From assembly GCA_031262085.1 (NCBI GenBank), contig JAISIN010000096.1:2471-66470 (forward strand): a stretch of 64,000 bases of DNA, given 5' to 3'. The position numbers were made by a program, and so were the translations under genes. Shown one piece after another: positions 51,674-60,575 of the stretch. Each line of letters starts with the position of its first letter. The stretch's first letter is position 1. The notes under the pieces are model-generated. The model made no database searches, was not told the DNA's origin, and saw only the letters and a program-made list of their open reading frames with translations. This stretch comes from Prevotellaceae bacterium. GTDB lineage: Bacteria > Bacteroidota > Bacteroidia > Bacteroidales > Bacteroidaceae.

Positions 51674-52572
51674 GGCAGTTCGGCAGATAAAGAGGCAGAC
51701 AGGTGTTCGTGCTTTCGCACCATATATATAAAGAGCACGTTGAGCACGGTCAGTTCAAAGACAAAGTACACCCACGGCAAGCCGACCAACAGCGAGAGGC
51801 AAAGCACGATAGCGCGTGTGTTGAACGAGAGTATATTGGTGTACTTCATCAGTGGCAGGCTCTTCCGGCAGAAAGTTTGCCGTAGCGATTGCGGCGGCGT
51901 CTGGTCGGGATAATCTTGCTTCATCCGGTTGAAGAACGCTTGGAAACGGGGCGTCAGTTGCTCTTGCGAGTGTGTGTAATTTACGTAAAACCATTGGAAG
52001 AGTTTACGCACAAACGACCGTTTCCACGTGAGCGACCGAAACAGGCAGCGTTGTTGTTCGGCAGTATCGAGTTCGCTGCCCGTCTTCCCTTTCAGGAAGA
52101 ACAAGTGGATGTTGCGATAATAGTCTGCCATAGATGCCTGCTTGGTGTGCGAAAAGCCTGATACGGCAGCCAACACCCAGACCCAAATGCCCCACTCGGG
52201 CATGAGGCGCAAGCAGATAGCTGCATAGATAGAGATGAACCAGAGGTCGCCCGCCACTCCATCGAGGATGCGCCCCAGCTCTGACTTCTGTCCGGTGAGG
52301 CGTGCCAACTGTCCGTCGGCGCTGTCGTACATGTTTGCCCATACCAGCAGACAGATGCCGCCGATGTTCATCAACAGGTCGTCGGGGTAAAACAGAATGC
52401 CTGCTGTCACTCCCAGAAAAATCGATGCGACAGTCACTGCGTTGGGGGTGATGCCGATTTTTTGGAAGAGCAATGCCCAACGATAGCCTATCGGACGATA
52501 GAACACAAGGTCTATCCACTCTTCGGTATCTGTCGATTTAAGGCTGGCTTCCAAACTTGTTTCACTCATCAT
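51670..52572 (-). CDS. CDP-alcohol phosphatidyltransferase
   Basis: TPNAVT and the DSADGQLARLTGQKSELGRILDG signature (DxxDGxxAR...GxxxD). Confidence 0.92.
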   Translation of the reverse strand: MMSETSLEASLKSTDTEEWIDLVFYRPIGYRWALLFQKIGITPNAVTVASIFLGVTAGILFYPDDLLMNIGGICLLVWANMYDSADGQLARLTGQKSELGRILDGVAGDLWFISIYAAICLRLMPEWGIWVWVLAAVSGFSHTKQASMADYYRNIHLFFLKGKTGSELDTAEQQRCLFRSLTWKRSFVRKLFQWFYVNYTHSQEQLTPRFQAFFNRMKQDYPDQTPPQSLRQTFCRKSLPLMKYTNILSFNTRAIVLCLSLLVGLPWVYFVFELTVLNVLFIYMVRKHEHLSASLSAELP

Positions 52573-52590
52573 ATCTATTTTCTATGGCTT

Positions 52591-53448
52591 TCAATTTTTC
52601 ATTTTTCTGATAACGACCTCTGCAATGGCTTGTGCTGCCTCCCGTCGACAGGGAGCAAAGCTCGGCCAGTCGTTGAAGTCGATGATGCGTATGTTACCGT
52701 CGGGCGAAACGATGCAGTCTCCACCGTACACCTCTACTTGCAGCACCTGCGCGGCATCGGTACAGAGCTTGTGCAGTTGTACGGGTTCAAAGGGGATGCC
52801 CACCGGTATGCCGTTGACGGCTTCGAGTCCAAACTTGCTGTGATGCACCTCTTGCGGGTAGAAGTAGTAAAAGAAGTCGGTTCCGGCTACCCCGTAGAAT
52901 TTCACCAGATCGCCGACCAGATGTTCGTTGATGACAACACGTTCAATCCCTCTAAGCGCATATTCGGCAATGATTTCGGTCAGCTCGTGTCGGCTTCGCA
53001 CATAGGTTACATCTTCGCGATGAATGGCATGAAAGTCGGCACGCTTCACCCAGCAAACCTCAAAGGGTACGGCATCAGCCACAGCGTCCGGTCGGTCGGT
53101 TGTGCAAATCACGCTGTCGGGGTGCGGGATGTGGTTTGCCATGAGCAGCGAGGTCATTTGTTCGCGGGTACAGCCTTCGATTCCGAAAGCCGAGTTGACG
53201 GCTTTTACCCCTTGTTGTTCGAGTTGCTTCAGCCTGTTCACCGCAGCTTTGCCGCGCATCATGGTAAATACGACAGGCTCGCCTTGCAGTCCGTTGGTTA
53301 GAAACTCCTGTTCGGTATAAGTATGAACCGTGTATCCCAGCGCTTGCAGGCAGGTTGCCGTCAACGTGAAGATGGCAGCGTCGTTACCCACGTGATTGGG
53401 GGAAAAGAGCGTGTGTCGCTGTATGCCGGCTATATTGATTGGATTCAT
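52591..53448 (-). CDS. ATP-grasp-fold protein of unknown function
   Basis: VNSAFGIEGCTR, WVKRAD, INEHLVGDLVKFYG and YGGDCIV..IIDFNDWPSF are consistent with ATP-grasp. Confidence 0.65.
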   Translation of the reverse strand: MNPINIAGIQRHTLFSPNHVGNDAAIFTLTATCLQALGYTVHTYTEQEFLTNGLQGEPVVFTMMRGKAAVNRLKQLEQQGVKAVNSAFGIEGCTREQMTSLLMANHIPHPDSVICTTDRPDAVADAVPFEVCWVKRADFHAIHREDVTYVRSRHELTEIIAEYALRGIERVVINEHLVGDLVKFYGVAGTDFFYYFYPQEVHHSKFGLEAVNGIPVGIPFEPVQLHKLCTDAAQVLQVEVYGGDCIVSPDGNIRIIDFNDWPSFAPCRREAAQAIAEVVIRKMKN

Positions 53449-53455
53449 TGATTGG

Positions 53456-54160
53456 TCAGTTATCTGCTAAGAAACGTTCGGCTTTGCGGATGTCTTCCGC
53501 ATGGTCTACGTCGATAATTTTACTGAAGGGGAAGGCTTGTACGTGCAGCTTCGCATCTACCATATATTGCTGAAAACCCCTCATGCGGGCAATGCCCGAC
53601 TGCATGGCTTGAGGCAACAACGCCAATGCCCGGTGGTTCATGCAGTAAATGCCTCCGGATATGTAGCGGGCATCTGCACAGGGTGTACTACTGTAACCGG
53701 TTATCCGCAGGCTGTTGTCGGTACATACGTAGAGGGGTCGCTCATCGTCGATATAGTCGGTAACTGCCATCAGCGCATCGTGTGTCGGGTCTGTCTCGAA
53801 GGTGTGAATATATTTAGCAAACTCCGACGGACGAAACACCGGATCGACAGTGGTCAGACAGAACTTGTCTCCGCCTTGCAGACAGGGCATCAGTTCGTAG
53901 AAGCTGTGAAACGAGTCGGGTGTCGACTTCACCGTGAGGTGTAACGGAACAGGTAGTGTCAATGCTTCGACAAACCGTCTTACCTCCGTCATCTCTTCAT
54001 TGATAATGAGGCAGATGCTCTCTGCCTCATTATCAATGAAGATGCGGAAGAGACGTTCCAACAAAGGAACGCCGCCCACCTTGACCAATGGCTTGGGAGC
54101 GGCAATGCCTTCGGACACCAAGCGCGAGCCTTGTCCGGCAGCGATGAGCGCATACTTCAT
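53456..54160 (-). CDS. Nucleotidyltransferase (NTP_transferase; possible inositol-phosphate cytidylyltransferase)
   Basis: LIAAGQGSRL...PKPLV and IIDVDHAED. Confidence 0.85.
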   Translation of the reverse strand: MKYALIAAGQGSRLVSEGIAAPKPLVKVGGVPLLERLFRIFIDNEAESICLIINEEMTEVRRFVEALTLPVPLHLTVKSTPDSFHSFYELMPCLQGGDKFCLTTVDPVFRPSEFAKYIHTFETDPTHDALMAVTDYIDDERPLYVCTDNSLRITGYSSTPCADARYISGGIYCMNHRALALLPQAMQSGIARMRGFQQYMVDAKLHVQAFPFSKIIDVDHAEDIRKAERFLADN

Positions 54161-54181
54161 TCGAAAATAGTGCTGTGCGAA

Positions 54182-55471
54182 TTAGTCCAAATAATCGGGT
54201 GCCTCTTCGCCTACCAAGCTGCGGATTGTTTGCTTAACCATACGCCATTGCGTAAACAGGTCGTGTACCGGCTCGTGCTCGGAGTCGTGCATGGGGCTTT
54301 TGCAGAAGAACGACAGCCATGTTTGTATGCCGTACATGTCGGCACGCAAAGCAAGGTCGCTAAAAAGCACCAAGTCGAGTGCAATAGGAGCTGCTAAAAT
54401 GGAATCGCGGCAAAGGAAGTTTACCTTTATTTCCATCGGATAGCCCATCCATCCGAAGATATCGATGTTGTCCCATGCCTCTTTGTTATCCTTACGGGGC
54501 GGATAGTAGTTGATGCGCACTTTGTGATACACCTCTTTATATAGATCGGGATACTTTTCGGGTTCGAAGATACTGTCAATCACCGAAAGCTTGCTTACTT
54601 CCTTGGTTTTGAAGTTTTCGGGTTCGTCGAGCACCTCACCGTCGCGGTTGCCGAGTATATTGGTCGAGAACCATCCGCTTACGCCCAGCATACGCGTTTT
54701 GAACATCGGGGCGAGCACGGTCTTCATCAGGGTCTGTCCGCTCTTGAAATCTTTTCCGGCAATAGGTATCCGGGTCTTCTCGGCAAGCTCCCACATGGCA
54801 GGGATATCGACGCAGAGGTTAGGCGCTCCCATTACGAAGGGCGCTCCTTCCGAAAGGGCAGCATACGCATAACACATACTGGGCGATATGACAGTGGTGT
54901 TGTTCTCTTTCATGGCTTTCTCCAAGGCTTGCAATGAGTTGTGCTCTTCCGAGAGGGGGATATAGATTTCAGTACTTGCCGCCCACAGCATCACCACGCG
55001 GTTGCATTGGTTATCGGCTTTGAAGTTGCGGATATCTTGGCGGATCTGCTCTACCAGCTCCCAACGCGTTGCGGCTTGTTTGATGTATGTTCCGTTCAGT
55101 CGTTTAGCCCAATTGTGATCGAATGCGGCAGGCATTGGTTTGATGTTTTCCAATTCGTCTTTCACCAAGTCTAAATCACTGTTTTTCAATACTTGGGCAA
55201 CCTGTGCTGCTTCATACGCATTGTCAGGAAATATATCCCATCCACCGAAAGCTATGTCATTAAGGTCTGTCAAAGGAACTACGTCTTTAATGAGCTTTTC
55301 CTCTCCGTGCTTCATTTTTATCTTGGCCATCTGGGTAATCGAACCTATCGCTTTAGTCAATCCCTTGCGGGCAGCCAAAGTCCCCGTTATCAGTGTAGTC
55401 GAAACCGCACCGCCCACTCCAACAACCAGCACTCCCAAGCGCCCGGTTGCCGGCTTAATGTTCTCTTTCAT
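54182..55471 (-). CDS. ino1: myo-Inositol-1(3)-phosphate synthase
   Basis: GVGGAVSTT, FGGWDI, GKDFKSGQT, STNILGNRDG, SKLSV, DNKEAWD and RDSILAAP. Confidence 0.94.
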   Translation of the reverse strand: MKENIKPATGRLGVLVVGVGGAVSTTLITGTLAARKGLTKAIGSITQMAKIKMKHGEEKLIKDVVPLTDLNDIAFGGWDIFPDNAYEAAQVAQVLKNSDLDLVKDELENIKPMPAAFDHNWAKRLNGTYIKQAATRWELVEQIRQDIRNFKADNQCNRVVMLWAASTEIYIPLSEEHNSLQALEKAMKENNTTVISPSMCYAYAALSEGAPFVMGAPNLCVDIPAMWELAEKTRIPIAGKDFKSGQTLMKTVLAPMFKTRMLGVSGWFSTNILGNRDGEVLDEPENFKTKEVSKLSVIDSIFEPEKYPDLYKEVYHKVRINYYPPRKDNKEAWDNIDIFGWMGYPMEIKVNFLCRDSILAAPIALDLVLFSDLALRADMYGIQTWLSFFCKSPMHDSEHEPVHDLFTQWRMVKQTIRSLVGEEAPDYLD

Positions 55472-55579
55472 TGTTACGATAACTTTTATTAGTTTATAAA
55501 ATGCCCCAAAATTAGGCTATTTTGTTCAATCGATACTCCTCTTCTTGTCTGTTTTCATCTTTCATTTGCAAGATTTAAG

Positions 55580-56395
55580 TTAATTCGGGCTATTACAGGT
55601 ATCAAGATGATATTTTTCGAGTACAAATTTGTCCGCATCTTCCCACACGGGAAACTTCTCACGAAAGCGGAGCAGTGCTTCGATGTTGAGATCTGCGGTA
55701 GCGCTGCCTGCTGTTCCGTCGGGAACGGAAGCAAGCAACTCATTTTTGGGAGAGATGATTACACTGCCGCCATCGTGAAGCAGTCCGTTGCCGTCTGCAC
55801 CTACGCGATTGACTCCGCACACGTAGCTCATATTTTCCAAGGCACGTGCCCGGAGCAACACGTCCCATACCCGACGACGCGAAGCAGGCCAGTTGGCAAC
55901 ATAGAGCAACAGATCATATTCCAGATTTACGTTGCGGCTCCACACGGGGAAGCGCAGGTCGTAGCACACCAGCAGCAAAATATTCCAGCCCCGATAGCGA
56001 ATGATGGGGCGCGTATCTCCCTGTACGAAGTGATCCGATTCAAGCCCCATGCGAAACAGGTGTCGCTTGTTGGAGAAGTAGGCTTCGCCTTCGGGGGTCA
56101 GGAAGAAGGCACGATTGTAACAAGGGCAGTCGGGCTGATTTCTGTCGCAGGCAATAAAGCTGCCCGCCATAGCGATGTGTAACTCTCGCGCCCAACGACG
56201 TAGGGTGGTGATGACCTCGCCGTCGTCCGGCTCTGCCAGCCGGTGGCTGTCCATGCTGAATCCGGTCGAAAACGTTTCGGGAAGTATCACTAACTCCGTC
56301 TTGCCACGTAGTTGTTCCAACTTCGGGCGAAGATGGCGAAGATTCGCCTGTTTATCTTCCCAGACGATATCTGTTTGCAGAATGGTTATTCTCAT
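55580..56395 (-). CDS. Nitrilase-family amidohydrolase (YafV/omega-amidase-like)
   Basis: E-K-C triad: LPETF, KRHLF and VCYDLRFP; TAACTTTG box at 56426-56433. Confidence 0.9.
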   Translation of the reverse strand: MRITILQTDIVWEDKQANLRHLRPKLEQLRGKTELVILPETFSTGFSMDSHRLAEPDDGEVITTLRRWARELHIAMAGSFIACDRNQPDCPCYNRAFFLTPEGEAYFSNKRHLFRMGLESDHFVQGDTRPIIRYRGWNILLLVCYDLRFPVWSRNVNLEYDLLLYVANWPASRRRVWDVLLRARALENMSYVCGVNRVGADGNGLLHDGGSVIISPKNELLASVPDGTAGSATADLNIEALLRFREKFPVWEDADKFVLEKYHLDTCNSPN

Positions 56396-56522
56396 ATGAT
56401 AGTCGTGTTATTAAAAAAATATCCGCAAAGTTACGACTAATATTGAAGCACTGTACTGCAACCGCATCTAAATTAGGGCAACCGCATCAAATCTAAATAG
56501 TCACAATGATACGTTATCCCCC

Positions 56523-56936
56523 CTAACGCATATTCACCGTCATCGTCGTATCTGTCCGTAACGTAAACCTGCATTTGTTATACGACGGCGCTCCCATCAC
56601 CCCTTGGGCATCGTTACTGAAAGCATACTTCTCCGTAGGAATCCCGAAAACGCCTGTATCAAGCTTGCGGTTGTCGTTCTCGTCTTGAAACATCGAAAAA
56701 GCATACGTGCCCGGCGGTAATCCCTTGCAGGGGATGCGCAGCACGCTGGCGGTTGCGGCAACACCGAACGCGGCTACGGGTTGCTTCATAAACGTTTCGG
56801 CAGAGTTGTAAAAGGCTACATACACATTGCCGACGGGCTTCTCAATGCCGCGCACTTCGATGGTCAGACTCTGCGCAGCGAGGTGTTGGGCTGCAAACAG
56901 GGTTGCAGCAACCAACAGAATCATTGTTCGTTTCAT
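56523..56936 (-). CDS. DUF2141 domain secreted protein
   Basis: Signal peptide, GTYAFSMFQDENDNRKLD..GIPTEKYAFSNDA. Confidence 0.85.
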   Translation of the reverse strand: MKRTMILLVAATLFAAQHLAAQSLTIEVRGIEKPVGNVYVAFYNSAETFMKQPVAAFGVAATASVLRIPCKGLPPGTYAFSMFQDENDNRKLDTGVFGIPTEKYAFSNDAQGVMGAPSYNKCRFTLRTDTTMTVNMR

Positions 56937-56955
56937 ACTTTCGTGATATATTTAA

Positions 56956-58884
56956 TTAGAAATTCGATACGTCGTAAGCCGCATGTTTGCCCAACGTCAC
57001 AAATACGCCCATGTAGAACTGCCGGTCGCTCGATGCCCGTATAGGCTCTCCGTCGTCGGTACGCCCGAATAGATTGCGTCGACCGAATACATTGTTTGCC
57101 GATGCGTGAATAACCACTTTCGGACTCGGTAGATAAGTGATACCGATGTCGAGGCTGTTATAGGGTTTCACCTCGTCGTTCATCAAACCCGGACGACGGG
57201 GGTTGTGCCAAGGACGACCGCTGCTGAAACGATTGGTCACGCCGATGATTGCTCCGATGCGCGGTATGGAATACTTGAGTGCAATGGCGGCATTGTGACG
57301 AGTAGCGTATTGGGGCACAGTCGGTTCGGTATCAGTCAATTGCTTTCGGCGCGACAAGTTGTAGGTGTAAGAGATCTGATATTCCAGACGGCGCACCGTG
57401 CTACGATCGTTCAAGAAGAGGTCTATACCGCGACTATGTCCGTATCCGTCGGACGTGAGCTTCCCTGCTTGCCACAGCGCCAGGCGACTATACCTTTTAT
57501 AATATATCTCGGCTTTATAGAAGCGCCCGTTGCTTTCGTGCTGTATGCCTGCCATGTATTGTGCACACACCTCGGATGCCAACCGAGCGGCCTGCGTCAG
57601 CAGCGAAGCAAGCGGCAGTTGTGTATAGCGTCCTGCCGTTGCCGACCATACGATACCGCCTGCCTGCGCGGTAACAGCCAGTCGGGGCGAGAGGTTGGTC
57701 CGATGATTGGGAAGTGTATATTCCGTCCGCAGAGAAAGTTCAGTCTTGATCGGTTCTATCGGATGGTAGGTGGCTGTTGCGAATGTGGCAGCGATGAGTG
57801 GCGTTACCTGCCGGCGACGATCGATCGTTGCCAACCGATAGCGATTCCGATACGAACGCACCAAGCTTTCCGCCCCTATATCCAATCGGAACTGTTCGGA
57901 AAAGCGTCGGAACAGCTTACCCTTGACATGGAGTTCGTGCTGATGCTCTTGCCAATGATCATTGGCGGCATCAGCACCCGTTATGGATTGTTTCACCAGG
58001 CTGTAAGCTGCTCCTGCATACCAGTTCCAATTGCCGGAGGTGCGCCTACGAAAGGTGGTATTGAGATAGAGATTGTTTTCTCCAAATCCGAACAGGCGGC
58101 GCGCCGTACCACTGTAGTTGGCAAAGTCGGTACGGTCGTAGCCCGCATATATTTTAAAGCGTGTTGCCTCATCGGGATGATAGCGGAACTGGGTAGCAAC
58201 CGATAGCAGCCGATAGGGATCTTCGAACTCCGTGCGCGAAGGGAACAGCCGGTCGTACAGCGACAGCTCCTGCCAATCGACATTGACCGAGAGCGACCCT
58301 TCGGCAAACGCCCGCGTGCCTCCTCCGCCCGCTCCGACTATCGAAGCATTCAGCCCTACTTTATGGATGCGACTTTCATCTTTCGTTTCCAACGGAAGCA
58401 CTGCCGACAGAGCATCACCATATTCCAACGGCGCTCCGCCCGTAGCCAAGTTGATGCCACTGAACATAAAAGTGGAGTAACGTCCGCGTGTAGCGGAGTT
58501 GACGCTACGCGCAGCGTAAGGGTTGAGCACATGCAACCCGTCGATGTATGTCTGTGTCTCGTTGCTGCTTCCGCCACGCACCAGCAGTTTGCCGCTTTCG
58601 CCTTCTATCTGTGTGCCCGGCAGGTTTTGCAAAGCACGGTAGAGGTCGCCGCTCGCGCCACCCGTAGTGACCAACTCTATCGGGTGCAGATCGCTGTAAC
58701 GGCTGTTGGCAACAGATGTTCGCTTGCCTTTCACCGTCACCTCTTGCAGAGCAACGGCGCTGTCGGTACGAAGTTGAAGATAGACCGTATCGCGCTGTGC
58801 CGACCATGCGACGAGTGGTGTCGACAGTGACAGGATAAGAAGCCACAACGTTCCTATAAGAGAGGAGATTCTTGCTCGTTTCAT
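56956..58884 (-). CDS. TonB-dependent receptor (short form)
   Basis: Plug (LPGTQ...LLVRGG..E..TYIDG), barrel, ANNVFGRRN. Start trimmed to MKRARISS because the TATGTTTG box is at 58922-58929. Confidence 0.85.
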   Translation of the reverse strand: MKRARISSLIGTLWLLILSLSTPLVAWSAQRDTVYLQLRTDSAVALQEVTVKGKRTSVANSRYSDLHPIELVTTGGASGDLYRALQNLPGTQIEGESGKLLVRGGSSNETQTYIDGLHVLNPYAARSVNSATRGRYSTFMFSGINLATGGAPLEYGDALSAVLPLETKDESRIHKVGLNASIVGAGGGGTRAFAEGSLSVNVDWQELSLYDRLFPSRTEFEDPYRLLSVATQFRYHPDEATRFKIYAGYDRTDFANYSGTARRLFGFGENNLYLNTTFRRRTSGNWNWYAGAAYSLVKQSITGADAANDHWQEHQHELHVKGKLFRRFSEQFRLDIGAESLVRSYRNRYRLATIDRRRQVTPLIAATFATATYHPIEPIKTELSLRTEYTLPNHRTNLSPRLAVTAQAGGIVWSATAGRYTQLPLASLLTQAARLASEVCAQYMAGIQHESNGRFYKAEIYYKRYSRLALWQAGKLTSDGYGHSRGIDLFLNDRSTVRRLEYQISYTYNLSRRKQLTDTEPTVPQYATRHNAAIALKYSIPRIGAIIGVTNRFSSGRPWHNPRRPGLMNDEVKPYNSLDIGITYLPSPKVVIHASANNVFGRRNLFGRTDDGEPIRASSDRQFYMGVFVTLGKHAAYDVSNF

Positions 58885-58997
58885 ACTGTTTCGTTTGTTC
58901 CGATTCTTTCGTTTCACGGCGCAAACATAAAGCAGTATCTTTGAATGGAGAAATGGTTGGGACAGATGGTGTGGATTTGTGCTGAAACAACAGAACG

Positions 58998-59026
58998 TGT
59001 GACGAACGGTACACGTCTGTGACGAA
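58998..59026 (-). promoter_or_regulatory. Candidate LytTR operator (9-bp direct repeats)
   Basis: TTCGTCACA-N11-TTCGTCACA on the minus strand, between the LytTR gene and the TBDR promoter. Confidence 0.5.
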
Positions 59027-59035
59027 TAGCCTATA

Positions 59036-59890
59036 TCAGGAAAGTATTTCTCTGACCGTTCGGGTATATCCGCGCGATACAGGAATCTCTGTATCTCCGT
59101 CTATCATACGCAGGCGATAGCCTTGTAAGTTACCTTCGACCTTCGCCACTGCCTGCGTGTTGACAAGGAAAGCGCGATGACAACGAATCACAAACGGCGC
59201 TTCTGTCACCACATCGACCGCTTGCTTCATGGTGGCGCGCAACAGTTTCTGCTGCATCTTGCCATCGTCAATGCGGCGATAGACTATTTTGATGTAGTTC
59301 CCCTCCGATTCTATATAAAGCAAGTTGCGCGCATCAATCAAGAGTTCCTCTTTGGTGCTTCCCTTGAAATGCAGTGGTATGTCGACCGGTCGGGAAAGCG
59401 ACGGTTCTGCTTCGCTACGTTGCGCCAAGGTTGCATTGATGGTTTCCAACTTGTGCAGGTCGCGTGCCAGCAACAGGTTGCGGTTCCACATCAACAGAAA
59501 GATGGTGGGAAAAGGAATGATAGCTGCCACCCACAGCAGGCAAACGAAGAAGGGAATAACCGTCCACCCGCGAACGAAATAGAAGTAGCTCCACAGACCG
59601 ACGGTTATCAGCAATCCTATTTCGATGTATTTCAGCAGCTGCTTGCCCAGCGTCCAGCGTGCAGCGTCGTGATAGCGTGGAAAGAGTGCGGGAGTGAGAT
59701 ATAGGGCGATGCAAAGCATGATGCCGGTAGTGAGGTTGCTCCCTAAAATGATCCAATATTTATCCTCCTTTAAGTTTGAGATACCGAACGGCTGCAACAC
59801 CCAAATAACAAGCGAAGCAATGAGCCAAGATATCAACACCGCCTTCCAGCGGCTATAAACAATGGGGGATGGGGAGTTGAGTGACATCAT
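59036..59890 (-). CDS. Membrane-anchored LytTR family regulator
   Basis: About 4 N-terminal TM helices, then LLYIESEGNY...RCHRAFLVN...IPVSR (LytTR domain). Confidence 0.9.
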   Translation of the reverse strand: MMSLNSPSPIVYSRWKAVLISWLIASLVIWVLQPFGISNLKEDKYWIILGSNLTTGIMLCIALYLTPALFPRYHDAARWTLGKQLLKYIEIGLLITVGLWSYFYFVRGWTVIPFFVCLLWVAAIIPFPTIFLLMWNRNLLLARDLHKLETINATLAQRSEAEPSLSRPVDIPLHFKGSTKEELLIDARNLLYIESEGNYIKIVYRRIDDGKMQQKLLRATMKQAVDVVTEAPFVIRCHRAFLVNTQAVAKVEGNLQGYRLRMIDGDTEIPVSRGYTRTVREILS

Positions 59891-60402
59891 AAAGTTCTTT
59901 CGATAAGATAGCGTGTATCCAACTCAATCACCTCCAAGTCGCGAAATGAGCCGTTGTCGACAACGAACCGCACCAGCGTGCGCGTCTTGTGGAAGCCCGA
60001 GATGCCCGCTGCGCCCGGATTGATATGGAGAATATCGAGCGTCTTGTCGTACTTCACTTTGAGAATGTGCGAGTGTCCACTAATGAACAACTTGGGCGGA
60101 CGTACCGGCAGCAGGCTTCTCACCGACTTGTCGTAATTGCCCGGATACCCGCCGATGTGTTTCATGAGCACGTCGGCACCCTCTACGGTGAAGCGGTTTA
60201 TTTCGGGATAGACACGGCGAATCTCCTGTCCGTCGATGTTGCCGTACACGGCGCGCAGGGGACGAAAGGCAGCCAACCGTTCAGCCAGCGCCAAGGAGCC
60301 GATGTCGCCGGCATGCCAAATCTCGTCGCACGCCTTGAAGTAGTGCAGGTAGCGGTCGTCCCAATACCCGTGTGTATCCGAAAGTAAACCGATGGTTGTC
60401 AT
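59887..60402 (-). CDS. YfcE-like metallophosphoesterase
   Basis: LSDTHG, HAGDIG, VYGNID, GHSH and INPGAAG. Confidence 0.9.
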   Translation of the reverse strand: MTTIGLLSDTHGYWDDRYLHYFKACDEIWHAGDIGSLALAERLAAFRPLRAVYGNIDGQEIRRVYPEINRFTVEGADVLMKHIGGYPGNYDKSVRSLLPVRPPKLFISGHSHILKVKYDKTLDILHINPGAAGISGFHKTRTLVRFVVDNGSFRDLEVIELDTRYLIERTL

Positions 60403-60575
60403 TTCCTCTTCTCTTAGTTAAAAGGGCATCTCAATAACTATTTATGCCGCAAAAGTACAGATAGTTTTTGTTTTCTTTTCTCTTTTCGAGAAGTTTTACT
60501 TTACTTTGCACGCCCATAACTTAAAGAGGGACTTTACTCCCCCCCAACTTAAAACAACCTTCAAATAGGATCAAT

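Noticed and set aside
56458-56488. 11-bp direct repeat GCAACCGCATC (20-bp period), sharing GGGCAACCGCA with the 11963 hairpin
   Set aside because: Too short, only two copies; cannot be distinguished from chance without a genome-wide count.
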